NCBI GenBank assembly: GCA_030704615.1
Contig: CM060734.1
Location: forward strand, 57,288,001 to 57,352,000
Reading direction: 5' to 3'
DNA from: Takakia lepidozioides
Taxonomy: Eukaryota; Plantae; Bryophyta
DNA length: 64,000 nucleotides
Shown: positions 52,408 through 64,000 of the stretch, piece after piece
Layout of the letters: each line of letters starts with the position of its first letter
How positions within the stretch are numbered: position 1 is the stretch's first letter
Translations under genes and position numbers: made by a program
The notes under the pieces: model-generated
The model's input: only the letters and a program-made list of their open reading frames with translations
Databases searched by the model: none
Told to the model about the DNA's origin: nothing

Positions 52408-53896
52408 GCCCTCGGGAGATTGTTGACTTCCATAGGTGGATTATGCATGCATGCCCCTTCCTCTAAGTAAAAAATGGCAACAAAGTCCGTCTTCTTAATA
52501 ATGTCTGCAGGCGGCCACTAACCATCTTCATTGAACTTCTACTTACATGCACAACCATGGACAGGTTTTGAGCATGTGACAGGATGCTGTGGCACCCTTG
52601 GGTGATCAATGTGGGTGACCAAAGCAGAGGAAGGAGATCAAACCTCAACCGCATGTCCACTCCGAGACCTGCAAGTGGACAGGTGGGGTTCTTAGTAGTG
52701 GGCGTATAGAGCAAAAATGGGTGACAACTGGTAGAAACAATGATTGTTATGAGGAATTTCTGGTGAAAGTGATGATATTGTACTGTATGTGAAGCTGGCA
52801 GGTCGCGAGGGGGATCGCTAGTCTGATGCTTGACAAAAACGGTGGGACTGCTGGGTGAGTACTCTGCCCCGCGGAAATCGGACAGCCTGGGGCATCAAGT
52901 ATTCACAGGGCGCCGCTAATCGTGATGATCCAAGGGATTAGCTCCGCCTTCTCTTTGAGGTGGACTGTAGGTGGTGCTTCATCCACTCTGGAGTTCTAAG
53001 GTAGTTAGGTGTGTTTACGCTGCCCACTTAGACATGCATGAGCGGCCAGTCTCTCCCCATAGATCGAGGCTCAGGCTACGCACTGCCCGCTCTCTATTTT
53101 TGGTTTTCAGACAGGAGAGTAGAGAGATATGTACATTAAATTCCGAGGAAGGAGTGAAGTGACATAGGGGTGACAGAATGCGGCTAGCAGGAGAAGAACA
53201 TAGTGGCCTGAACACATTGGTCACTTGTTTACGGAGTTTTCAACTGAGTTTCCCAAAATCCTGCAGTTTCAATCAGTTGAATAAAGTCGAATGACCGCTT
53301 GCCTTTCAGTTACTTTCTTATTAGCGTGTGAATGATGTGAGAGTCAGCCAAGGGAAGCAAGATTTGGAAATAGAGAATACCAAGGAACGTCTTCAATGCA
53401 AGCTGCTAAGAATCACTGGATGAATGGGACCTCCCATGTGTAATGCCGGCACGAGTTCCAGCTCAACCTGCCAAAGCGGCGGAGGGAAAAGCATGCTGGT
53501 GGAAAATCTGGAAAATAGACGAAGATTGTGTCGCGATTCACAAGACTCCCTCCAAATTTGCAGAGTTGTTGTGACATAATCACCATTGACTCTCCATTGA
53601 CTGCATAATCGCTGACAAATGGAGAAGATTCTCAGCATCATGATCCGCAGTGCTCAGCATCGACCGTGGCAGAAACACCCATAGCAATGCATGCACTTCA
53701 CAGTGATCGACCTCGACCTTGCAAAGCCCTGGCTGGTCACCGTCAGTATCTCGAAAGGCATGTTTACACTAGTCATCAATATTATCATTAAGCCCCACCT
53801 CGGGTTTCTTCACCCCGTCTTTGGGACCACAGTTGTCACTCGAGCTCGTCACAACTACAAGTTCTCTTTGGGTTGTTAATGCTTCTCATACTCTCC

Positions 53897-54250
53897 CTCT
53901 CTCTGGGAAAGAGGTTATTGTGAAAGAGGTTATTTCCTCCTCTCATTAAAAGTAAAAAAATGCCTGTGTGTCCCCTAAGCCCACTGGCCCCTAAGCATAA
54001 CGTTGTTCGTCGAGCGATTCCCCGTGTGCAGTTTTGACATAAGAGGTTTTCTTCTTTTCACAGAAGGGGTTGTTTGCAACGGAGATAAGCAACCTCCCTA
54101 CTGAAAAGAAGAAAACCTCTTATGTCAAAACTGCACGCGGGGAATCGCTCAAACGAACAACGTTATGCTTAGGGCCAGTGGGCTTAGGGGACACACAAGC
54201 ATTTTTTAACTTTTAATGAGAGGAGGAAATAACCTCTTTCCCAGAGAGAG
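53897..54250. repeat. Near-perfect inverted repeat (arms ~150-165 bp, loop ~40 bp)
   Basis: 53897-54060 pairs with 54102-54250; a single arm plus loop homolog lies at ~33930-34046. Confidence 0.9.
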
Positions 54251-54319
54251 AAGGATAGGGGGGGGAGGGAGCAGAATGGGAGGTTGCTTATCCCTGCCTC
54301 CACATTAACTTCCAACGTG

Positions 54320-55845
54320 TTTCATGCCAAAGCCTTGTGTATGGACACTATCAGTTTGTTTCATTCCCTCTTTCATTCCCACTCTCTCTATCTCCTCAAA
54401 CAATTGGGCAAATCACACACAGCAGATTGATGCTTGTGCGAAGGGATTCCTAGAGGATATCTGGAAAACTCGGATGAGTTGTCTATTTCAAGGTAAGTCA
54501 TACTGCCAGCGTCAGCCCCCGACAAAGGTAGTCTCTGTCCCTTTGTGTTCCGCTCAAACTGGGCGCGAGGTCAACGGCTACAAGGCTATTGTAAATGTCT
54601 TATGAGTACAATCTAACTCAAACAACGTCTATATGTCCTCAAACCCCACAACACAACCACAAATGGTGCATCCTTCATCAGATCATTTGGCAGCACGTGG
54701 CAGATGACGCAAAGGCTCTGCACCCTCTCTCTGAACTACAAGGACAATGTTGCCAACTACGTTGGCCTGGGGACATGGGATCAACTTGGCTCAATGGAAG
54801 AAACTGCTAGGGACACTAGCCTCTTTCATGGATGACGATTGGCCCTAAAAGAGCCACCGTGTTTAAAGTGCTTTGGTGAAAGCCCCTCCAGCATGAGACA
54901 GTCTGATGGGTCATCGTCTTCCTCCACTGGCTTCAGGTGAAAGCATGACACTAACTGCCAGCCAGGGCAGTTTGTGACCTGTACATTTTGCCTAGGGATC
55001 AACACACCCCCACCTAATCGATCTACCAGCAGATATCATCCTCACAAGGAGCTTAGCAAATTCAATGTGCAATAAACATGGGAACCAGAGTGCTACTATG
55101 AATCAAATCTAATTTGTACAGAGACATCTTTCTCATCACCAGGGACGGCCACATATTCCGCCTTCTGCCTGTCCCAGGTTGATTTTCAGACCTTCAGACG
55201 GAGACAGAGCAGTGGACGAGAATGCCCATTCACGCTCGGATTTGCGCAGTGTGTACCCAAGAAGTTGAGAAGTGTAGTGATTATTATCCTATGACATCAG
55301 GTGTGGGCAACAGTGTCTCTTCAGGGGTTGCATCTTTGGTAGAGGCCCCCAGCTTAGAGCACCAAGACCAGGTATTCTGTGGTTCTACTGCAGTTGGTCC
55401 ACCCTTTCCCCTTTGGCCCCACCACGGACGTAATACATTTGTTTATTTGCTTGTTTGTTTGTTTGTTTGTTTCTTCTTGTCATTGAAAGAATGAGACATA
55501 CCTTGTCCCCAAGACCACTTGCAGAACATTCAAGGAGAGGAGCTAGGTCCAGGCCAGAAGGCTCAACACATGACTTCCATTGCTGTGCTGCTGTTGCCCT
55601 TGGAAGATCTTCCAGGCAATAGATGAAAGGAAACCAATCCGTCTGTCTCCAGATCCACAGCCACAGCCAGATTGTCAAACCTTCGAATCACTGTATTTGA
55701 CCAATGAAACTTATAAGGACATCTCCTTTCACTCTCACCCGAACATGACACCACGCATGTAGAATAGATGACACACTACTTCAAGCTAATCTATAAGCTG
55801 AGGGGAGGTGACATTTCACAACAGATACAGAAGCCCCTGAGGCCA
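54320..55845. pseudogene. Duplicated GILT segment (intron sequence plus exon 4 copy at 55642-55502 on the minus strand)
   Basis: 54461-55845 is colinear with 31836-33342 (one ~160-bp deletion); the exon reads [47 protein letters not shown]; other GILT exons are absent. Confidence 0.88.
54404..54611 (+). mobile_element. Short 5'-truncated LINE family A copy
   Basis: Matches 18356-18566; flanked by TCTCCTCAAACAA and TCTAACTCAAACAA (imperfect TSD). Confidence 0.8.
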
Positions 55846-56505
55846 TATTTTTCAATTTTTGGCCTTGTGAGCTTTGTTTCCCCAACTGCAGGTCCCCAGT
55901 CTAGTTTCACAGAAATTGCACATTGGGTACACGTGAAGTTAGCATAAACTGCACTAATTTCACGCTTGCTTCTTTCAGTGTGCTTGTGACACAACACATA
56001 ACTTAGTTCAACTACTGTGCTCAGCAGGGACTGAGGTTCTGTTTATAAAGATCAGGGGAGAGTGGCCCTGATGTATCTTGTTTGCCGCAGACAGGATACC
56101 AAGCCCTTCATAACGGTTGCAGATCCGGAGGGTGGAGGAGAAGGTCCCAGCAATCTGTCTCTTTATCTTTCTTACAAAGCATTCTTGGTTCCTTTCTTTT
56201 CTCTCCCTGGATCACAGGGAGATCCAACATCCTTCAGACTGCTTCGGGTCAAGATCTTTTGCTCGTGTCTTCCCTCTGTTGTGTCTATCTGTATCCAACG
56301 AAGGGTGTGCATGCACACTCTCATCTCATGCCCTGTGTAGTCCAAATGAACAGGCAGATCTGGCCTTTCTGTCTTGCGAAAGCCAAGCTTGTGATCCACA
56401 GGTTTGGAACGGAGGAAAGTTATGCCCTCGCACTTAGACCGACTAAGGATTTCTGAGACCTAAAACTCACAAGGAAAACCCAGAGAGAATTTGTGAACCG
56501 CAGCT

Positions 56506-56843
56506 TTAGAAGACAGACCCACTACCCCGGGATTGCTCAAGCAAGTGGTCCTTAGCCTCATTGATCTTTGAGGCCAGATAATCGCTGCCTCCTGCATCTG
56601 GATGATTCGCCTGCATCACCGGCCGATGCGCCTCCTTCACCTTCTCCTGCGCGACGCTCTCCCTCACACCGAGAATCAGAGCAGCTTCTCTGCGCGTCAT
56701 CACAGCCTGAAATCCACCCTCGTAGTATTTGCGCATGCGCGGTACTGCAGGCTTGGCCTTGAAGGCCTGCCACGCTAAATCCCATACTTTCCCGCCATAG
56801 CCGCCACTGCCACTGCCAGACCTGCTATGAGCGGTGTCGCCAT
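56506..56843 (-). pseudogene. PAM18/TIM14 pseudogene within an inverted duplicate of 29282-30365 (55846-56923)
   Basis: Near-identical to 29362-29700, but ATT GAG GCG became ATT TAG CG (stop plus 1-bp deletion), and HRRV became HRPV. Confidence 0.92.
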
Positions 56844-57833
56844 GAGCCACACACGGCCCCACCCTCACTCTTTATGATCGATCTCTCTGATCTCTCAGAT
56901 TCTATCAAGTTGCAATGCCTGGGGAGTATTTGATCGGAAGCTGCGAGGGAAGCTGAGGTGAAGTGAGTCGGCCGAGCAGAGCTGCAGGTATCAGAACTTG
57001 AGTTAAGTTCTAAATTTGGTGTCTCTTGCTCTCTTGTGGCGCCAATTGAAATCAATATCCTCCGTCCCGAGAGAGAGAGATGAAAATGTGGAGTGGGTTT
57101 GTTGGACGGAGGGCGCTGGGTAGTGAAAATTGCGACAATACGCAGGTCGAGCAATGAGCGTGAGCAGTGGTGGCAGCAATTGTGCTGGGATCCTTCCTAG
57201 TGCTACATTCAAGTTTCCCTTTGCACAGCTCCGGCAATGCTATCGACACGGGACAATATATTTGATATATTTGTTAAGGTGAGGCTATCTCCAATCAGAA
57301 CATGGGGTTTTTTTAGTCTCGGGAGCTTGTGACCGAAGCTGGGATGATGATGCTCATGGTGACAGGTTCTTAGAATATGAAGATGTCGCTCTTCTTATCG
57401 AAAATGAGATGAGACGGTTCTTGCTGTTGGAACAGTGACTGATTCCCTGCTATAGCTGAATCCCTGGTTGCTAAACTGCGGGCTGATGGTTTTGTCACAG
57501 AAGGGTCCAAGTTCGCCAGACTTCAGACATAAGTGTACGAAGGAGGACCTTTGGATTTACCTGTGGTCTAACCCTCCTCCTTGGGTGAAAGCAGAGCTAG
57601 CTGCCATGGTTGCACAATTTGGTGATGGTTCTAGCGCGGATGTATACCGGCGCCAAGAGTCCAGTGGGTATTGTTTTGACGATGACTGAATCAGAAGAAT
57701 TATTATGAGTTCTATTTAGTTTGAGTTTGAACCCTTCAATTGTAGCGGAGGAGCCCATATATTAGGATCTTGGAGATGTCTTATGGGAGTTTGAGTGTAG
57801 AGATTTGTAAATAAGGGTGTTGAGTTGTGCAGG

Positions 57834-60584
57834 ATGGCAGGGTTGAATCTGTCACAGTGGTTTGTTGGAGATCAGATGGGCAGCACTGGTAGCACCTCCA
57901 CCATGACCACTGTGTTTGAAAGAGGACCAAGAGAGGGGATCAACAAGGACTGTATTGGGACTTGTGGGCATATAAGGACTCTATGTAAGGCTGGACAAAT
58001 CAAAGCAGCGCTGCACATTTTGAACCAAACAAGAATTCAAGTAGACTCCAACACTTATGTTTGTGTCTTGCAGGAGTGCATAAAGATGAAAGACCTGGCA
58101 GTGGGAAGGCATGTGCATGCTCACATTATAAAAAGTGGATTCAAGCCAAACATCTTCCTACTCAACACCCTTGTCAACATGTATGCCAAGTGTGGGAGTG
58201 TGGTGGATGCTCGTCAAGTATTTAGCAAAATGCCTGAACGAAATTTGTTTACGTGGACTATAATGATAGCAGGGTATGCAAAGCATGGGTGTGGTTGGGA
58301 CGCTTTTGAGATCTATGAGCACATGCAACAGGAAGGGGTGACACCAAACATGGTTACTTTCATTTCTGTTCTGAATGCTTGTGCCAGCCTAAAAGCCCTG
58401 GAAAAGGGAAAAGAGGTCCATGCTGATATCACCAAAGTTGGAATTGTGCCAGATGTCATTCTTAACACTGCCCTTGCTGACATGTATGCCAAATGCGGGA
58501 GCATGGAGGATGCACTTCAAGTGTTCCACAATATGTCTCAACGAAATGTGGTGTCATGGAGTGCAATGATCACAGGATATGCTCAGCATGGGTGTGGTAG
58601 AGAGGCTTTCCAGATGTATGAGCAAATGCAGCAGGAAGGGGTGACTCCCAACACGGTAACATTCATTTCTGTTCTCAATGCTTGTTCGAGCCTAGGAGCC
58701 CTGGATAAGGGCAAAGTGGTCCATGCTGACATCATTAAAGCTGGAATTGCATCAGACATTAATTTGGAGACTGCCCTTGCTGACATGTATGCTAAATGTG
58801 GGAGCATGAAAGATGCAAGTCAAGTGTTTAATAGTATGGCTCAACGAGATGTGGTATCATGGAATGCTATGATGGCAGGGTACACTCAGCACAAATGTGG
58901 TAGAGAGGCTCTCGATACCTATAAGCAAATGCAACAGGAAGGGGTAACTCCCAACAGGGTCACATTTATTTGCGTTCTCAATGCCTGTGCCAGCCTGGGA
59001 GCTCTTGAGAAGGGGAGAGAGGTCCATGCTGACATAATGAAAGCTGGAATTGCGTCATATATTAATTTGGAGAATGCCCTAGTCAACATGTATGCCAAAT
59101 GTGGGAGCATGAAGGATGCTAGGCAGGTGTTTGACATTATGCCGAGACGAGATGTCGTCTCATGGAGTGCACTGATAGCAGGATATGCTCAGCATGGGTC
59201 TGGTAGGGAGGCTTACGAGATCTACGAACAAATGCAACATGAACGGATGCCATGCAATCTAGTTACATTTATCTCTCTTCTCCATGCATGCGCTCGTTTA
59301 GGATCGCTGAGAAAGGGCAAAGAGGTCCATGGTGATATCATCAAAGCTGGAGTGGCTTCAGATATTATATTGGAGAATACCCTTGTCGACATGTATGCCA
59401 AATGTGGGAGCTTGGAGGATGCTCGTCAAGTGTTTGACAATATGGATCAACGAGATGTGGTCTCATATAATGTTATGATCGCAGGATATGCTCATCACAT
59501 GTGCAGTAGTGATGCTTTCGAAATTTATGAGCAAATGCAAGAGGATGGGGTCATGCCTGACGGAGTCACGTTCATCTGTGTTCTCAATGCATGTTCCAAC
59601 ATAGACACTCTGGAGAAGGGCAAACAGGTCCATGCTGACATTGGCAAATCGGGAGTTGCATCACATATGAATTTGGAAACGGCACTTACTAACATGTACG
59701 CGAAATGCGGGAGCATGGAGGATGCACGGCAACTGTTTGAAAGTATGGATGAACGTGATGTAGTCTCATGGAGTGCGATGATTGCAGGATATGCACAGCA
59801 TGGGTGTGGTGGGGAGGCTCTCAAGATCTATGCGCAAATGCGATGGGAAGGGGTGATACCTGATAGTGTGACGTTTATTTCTGTCCTCAATGCATGTGCC
59901 AGCATAGGAGCTCTGGAAAAGGGCAAACAGGTTCATGCTGACATCACCAAAGCTGGAATTGTGTCACATCTTGATTTAGAGAATTGCCTTGTCAACATGT
60001 ATGCTAATTGTGGCAGTGTAAAGGATGCACGTCAAGTTTTTGGGAATATGGCTCAGCACGATGTAGTCTCATGGAATGTCATCATCGCAGGGTATGCTCA
60101 AAATGGGTTGGGTTTGGAGGCCCTCCAACTATTTGAACAAATGCAGCAAGAGGGCTGGAAGCCGGATGGTGTTACTTTTATATCTCTTCTCTCTGCCTGT
60201 AGCCATGTGGGCCTAGTAGATGAAGGCCGTCACTTGTTTGATTCCATGAGTCAAGACCATGGCATCACTCCTACAGGGAAGCATTTTGGCTGCATGGTGG
60301 ACCTTCTTGGTCGTGCAGGGTGTCTAAATGAGGCAGAAGACCTTATTAACAGAATGCCGACTGAACCATGTGCTTCAGTGTGGGGGGCCTTGCTTGGCGC
60401 TTGCAGAATTCATGGCAATGTGGAGGTAGCAGAACGTGCAGCAAATTGCCTGCTGGAGTGCAATCCAGGGGATGCTGGAACTTATGTGCTACTTTCAAAC
60501 ATCTATGCTGCAGCTGGCAGATGGGATGACAAAGCAAAGGTGACACAAATGATGGAGGACAGGGGTGTCAGAAAGGCGGTCTGA
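57834..60584 (+). CDS. PLS-class PPR protein with E domain and no DYW domain (organellar RNA-editing specificity factor)
   Basis: Seven MYA(K/N)CGS units at a ~303-bp period, then HVGLVDEG...MVDLLGRAG...LLGACRIHG...YVLLSNIYA; ends DRGVRKAV*. Confidence 0.95.
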   Translation: MAGLNLSQWFVGDQMGSTGSTSTMTTVFERGPREGINKDCIGTCGHIRTLCKAGQIKAALHILNQTRIQVDSNTYVCVLQECIKMKDLAVGRHVHAHIIKSGFKPNIFLLNTLVNMYAKCGSVVDARQVFSKMPERNLFTWTIMIAGYAKHGCGWDAFEIYEHMQQEGVTPNMVTFISVLNACASLKALEKGKEVHADITKVGIVPDVILNTALADMYAKCGSMEDALQVFHNMSQRNVVSWSAMITGYAQHGCGREAFQMYEQMQQEGVTPNTVTFISVLNACSSLGALDKGKVVHADIIKAGIASDINLETALADMYAKCGSMKDASQVFNSMAQRDVVSWNAMMAGYTQHKCGREALDTYKQMQQEGVTPNRVTFICVLNACASLGALEKGREVHADIMKAGIASYINLENALVNMYAKCGSMKDARQVFDIMPRRDVVSWSALIAGYAQHGSGREAYEIYEQMQHERMPCNLVTFISLLHACARLGSLRKGKEVHGDIIKAGVASDIILENTLVDMYAKCGSLEDARQVFDNMDQRDVVSYNVMIAGYAHHMCSSDAFEIYEQMQEDGVMPDGVTFICVLNACSNIDTLEKGKQVHADIGKSGVASHMNLETALTNMYAKCGSMEDARQLFESMDERDVVSWSAMIAGYAQHGCGGEALKIYAQMRWEGVIPDSVTFISVLNACASIGALEKGKQVHADITKAGIVSHLDLENCLVNMYANCGSVKDARQVFGNMAQHDVVSWNVIIAGYAQNGLGLEALQLFEQMQQEGWKPDGVTFISLLSACSHVGLVDEGRHLFDSMSQDHGITPTGKHFGCMVDLLGRAGCLNEAEDLINRMPTEPCASVWGALLGACRIHGNVEVAERAANCLLECNPGDAGTYVLLSNIYAAAGRWDDKAKVTQMMEDRGVRKAV

Positions 60585-60809
60585 TACCTCACTTCTTCCA
60601 CTCTGGGACTGGAGAAGGGACCAGGGCAGACTGGTCTTCGGATCTCGTTTTTGGCCTATCCGGCCCCTGTGAATTTTGCGTAGCTGTGCTTCAAAACCTT
60701 CCCAACTAGGATTGCGTATTTAGGATTGCGTTGGTCCTTGTGCGTGTCAAATCTCTAGCTGGAGTTGAGTGGGCTGCTTGAGAGCCGCAATGTTGTGCTG
60801 GTCATATGC

Positions 60810-62408
60810 ACACGCAGCACTTTGGCATGGGAAGGACATCTATCGTCGATCCAAAGCAAACGGTACCTCCCTCTGCAGTTTCATGGTTACGAGACGTGTT
60901 TTCCTTGGCAGTCCAGTATTGCTGCCCAGTTGTGATATAGAAATCTCACTTGAATCAGGCCAGAATGTGTAAGCATCTATGTTGGCTGTGTGTGCATAAG
61001 GTAAACTTTCCATAATCTTCTGGCTGGAAGATATCAACTCAGTTTGGAATTAATGATGATGGTTTTGGTGCATCTGGCAGCTGGAGAAAACCAGCCAAGC
61101 ATTCATACAAAGCTGATGCAACGCTATGATGACATACCCTCATGGTGGTTCTGGACACTACTGATTGGCAACACAGTGGCAGCCATAGCCATAATGGAAG
61201 GCTGGAGGCATATTTTCCAGCTGCCTTGGTGGGGCGTCCTCATTGGGTTTGGTACGTTTTGTTCACACTTCCTCTCGGCATCCTTGCTGCTACCACCAAT
61301 ATGGTACACACTAGGAATTGAGCAGCTGCACACTGGATCCTCCCTCAAATGAGAACAAATGTTAACTTTACCTAAGCAATGGGTGTGATGATCACCTGTT
61401 TGTTACTGAGAAAGTTTGTCCCACAGTACCACTTATCAGCTTGTACTCTAAAATGTATGGTTTGCTCTTGCTAATGTAAATATTGATGGAAACAGAACAC
61501 ATGCAGCCGATTGACACTCCATCTGTAAGCTGCATCTCATATATAGCTACAATACCTAATCATCTTTCTGGAGGGACACCCTCGAACAAAGATCCTGCCA
61601 CCTGCACAGCATCTTATGCATTGAGTGGGTCCTGTCATTGTGCCATTCCTTGACCACCAATTTGATAATTTGTTTGATAGCCAGTGTTGATTGGTGATGA
61701 CACTGACTGTCAATACTTTGCAACTCTTGCAATTTTGATATCACCACAAGGAGGCATTCAGGTGATGGAAAATCTGTTGCTATGGCTCTGAAATGTATAC
61801 CTGATACAATACACCAGGAAAAATATTGATAATTCTCTCCTGCTGGGAATGACTTCACAAAACTTTTGTCCGATTTGACACAGCCTTATGATACCATCAC
61901 CTTTCATCTGTTAATGGCCGTAGCATGCGTGGTGGTAGCATGAGTGTAGCTTCCCGCTGAGCTGTGCCTGAATGCCAAATCCAGAAATCCCTTCACGAGA
62001 GACACTGACTTGGAGTGCCTTGTGCAGGGTTATCTGAGGGCTGTCAACACCCCAGTGATACTGGGCGCTGCAACCCAATGGCCCCAAGCCCAAGCTGTTA
62101 CATTCAACTCTTGGTTCCTGACAGGGGCTGTGTTCAACCACTTGGTGTTCAAGTATCAGGTACACTGGTGGCAGCGCTATAACTATGTATTGTCGGCTGC
62201 TATTGACACAGGCATTGCTTTTGCTGGGCCCCCAATTTTCCTTACACTACTGTATTTCAACAAAGATGGGGCCCCAAGGTGGTGGGGCAATCCTAAGACG
62301 TATCTGGACCATTGTCCACTGTCCTACTGCCCAACTGCCAAAGGGATCAATGTCACGCGTCAATATCCATTCTGCCCTGCGTTTTCAACAACTTTAAGTG
62401 CACTGTAG
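60810..62408 (+). pseudogene. Oligopeptide transporter (OPT family) fragments; segments ~60810-60862, 61081-61303, 62028-62408
   Basis: HAALWHGKDIY, IHTKLMQRYDDIPSWWF, LPWWG, TLPLGILAATTN (after a frameshift), WWQRYNYVLSAAIDTG, WWGN...HCPL; N-terminal and middle exons not seen. Confidence 0.8.
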
Positions 62409-62672
62409 AAACTACTGTCTGCAAACACTCAATTGATCAAATGGTGTAACCTTCAGATACTGAGACACTAAGACGGCTTTAGGGGTCCATGAAGAGCCGG
62501 AGCCCCTTTAAGCACCTCTCTACATGAGCTATTGACATTTACAAATGATGTGAGACAGGTCCTTTTGTGTAAGATTTTCGCCCTTGTAACAGAACCTTTT
62601 TAAGGATTCAATTCAGGGGTTCCCATCGTCACAATCTTTTCTCTAGATTATCTCTCTCTCTCCTCTCAAGCC

Positions 62673-62711
62673 GCGGACGTCATAAAGCACCATTTCATTT
62701 CATTTCATCTA
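62673..62711 (+). mobile_element. ~40-bp 3'-terminal insertion of LINE family B with 12-bp TSD
   Basis: GCGGACGTCATAAAGCACCATTTCATTTCATTTCAT flanked by TCCTCTCAAGCC at 62661-62672 and 62712-62723. Confidence 0.88.
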
Positions 62712-62756
62712 TCCTCTCAAGCCATGCCCCAGACAAAGATTAAAACACATGAACCA

Positions 62757-62840
62757 CCATTGGCATGGACTGCGATGATTGCAGGATTAGCTCAGCAGGG
62801 GCATGGTGAAGAGGCATTTGATCTGTTCAGGGAAATTGAG
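62757..62840 (+). pseudogene. Single PPR motif relic
   Basis: AWTAMIAGLAQQGHGEEAFDLFREI matches a P-type motif; no neighbouring repeats. Confidence 0.6.
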
Positions 62841-64000
62841 CCTACTTGTCTAACCTATAGTGGATTCAAGTGTAACTTCACCTGTATGAGTGTAGGTGCC
62901 CATGCTGTGCAGGATCTGGCTCCAATAGAAACCATCCAGCACTGTTTCACTGAATGCCCCAGAGTGCTCAGGATTTGGTCTCTAATTAGAAGCTGAATCT
63001 ACTCCACAGGGAAGAACCTCCCACCCGCCCGCCCGGCCTTCCCCCCACCCACTGTTGTCGGTCCTCAGGGTGTCGTTGGTCCCTCGTTGTTGGTCTATGA
63101 CGTGCCATCGATGTTACAAGAGTACACTGGCTTGCTTGTAGAGCTTGGGCAGAGTTTTGGGTTGATGGTCATTTTTCAATTGACCTGCTGCAAGAAACAA
63201 AAATATCTTTCCAATGAAACCTGCCCAATGTCCATCAGGCCAGGCGCAGAAAGGTGTGTTTTTGTGACATGGCCTCATGGTACCTAGGGGGGGAAGCCTG
63301 AGGAGATGGTTGGGGGGGAAGGGCTGGGTAGCTGGCGGGGATGACCCCAGGTGAGAAGTCTCAATTTTCCTTGACAACATCTCAGCACAATAATTAAACC
63401 CTCAGTGACTTAGAAGAGCTGTTGATTGATGGTTGTGTGAAAGTTTGGATCGTTAACCATTATGAAGCCTGTTGAAGGACTTGGGGTTGGGACCAGTGAG
63501 AGAAACTATTTCCTGACAGCCCACGAGCACCTTGCACAATGAAATAGGCAGCCACAGTGCTTTCTTTGGTCGAGGTGAAGCCGACAATGTTCACACAATA
63601 AGCAAGGGAGAGAAGGGAGAGTATATATGTGCAGACATGAGCTGGCTTGGAGGTACATGTCGATGTGGATGTAGGAGAGCCCATACAGAGAGTCCCAAAA
63701 GGGCCAAAATGGACCTTCAAGCATCCACAACAATCATCTCAGGATGTGAGTAGGAGTCTGTCAGCAGCCATAGACAATGTCAGCATATCATGCACTTCAA
63801 GGAAACGATTCTCTTCACTCTAATAAAACATAAAGCATAATGATCCGATGATGTATAATTGTCCAAGCATCAGTGCCAGTTGAAAGTCTTGTAGCTTGAA
63901 GACATTTGCCTTATGCAGCCCTGTGCTTGTTGAAGGAGAAGAGCTTATGTTTGGATCAAACAAATGGAGAGGTTGCTGGACAGTGATCCAAGTTGGAGCA

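Noticed and set aside
63000-64000. Short ORFs possibly from a decayed retroelement
   Set aside because: No unambiguous motif

Overview
Intron-containing nuclear DNA of a land plant, probably a seed-free lineage (inferred from the PPR style and RTE-X-like LINEs). Genes: the 3' exons of Rab geranylgeranyltransferase beta; two oppositely oriented wall-associated kinase (WAK) paralogs; a non-RD G-lectin S-domain receptor kinase; an intact PLS-class PPR with no DYW domain and a decayed PPR-DYW paralog; intact PAM18/TIM14 and a pseudogene copy; a six-exon GILT thiol reductase; a BTB/POZ protein; and oligopeptide-transporter fragments. One WAK has an HRD kinase and 2 EGF modules, the other has HRN (predicted pseudokinase) and 4 EGF modules. 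Mobile DNA includes a near full-length disrupted RTE-X-like LINE with several 5'-truncated copies, a second LINE family with a (CATTT)n tail that leaves 40-50 bp micro-insertions, a TA-flanked MITE, other TIR elements and tRNA-like SINEs. The 54-57 kb block is a mosaic duplicate of the 29-33 kb block. Best leads: the WAK kinase/pseudokinase pair, a composite two-family retroposon inside one 16-bp TSD, the DYW-less PPR, and a ~350-bp fold-back hairpin. Exon boundaries were read by eye from GT/AG signals and frame; no searches were run.
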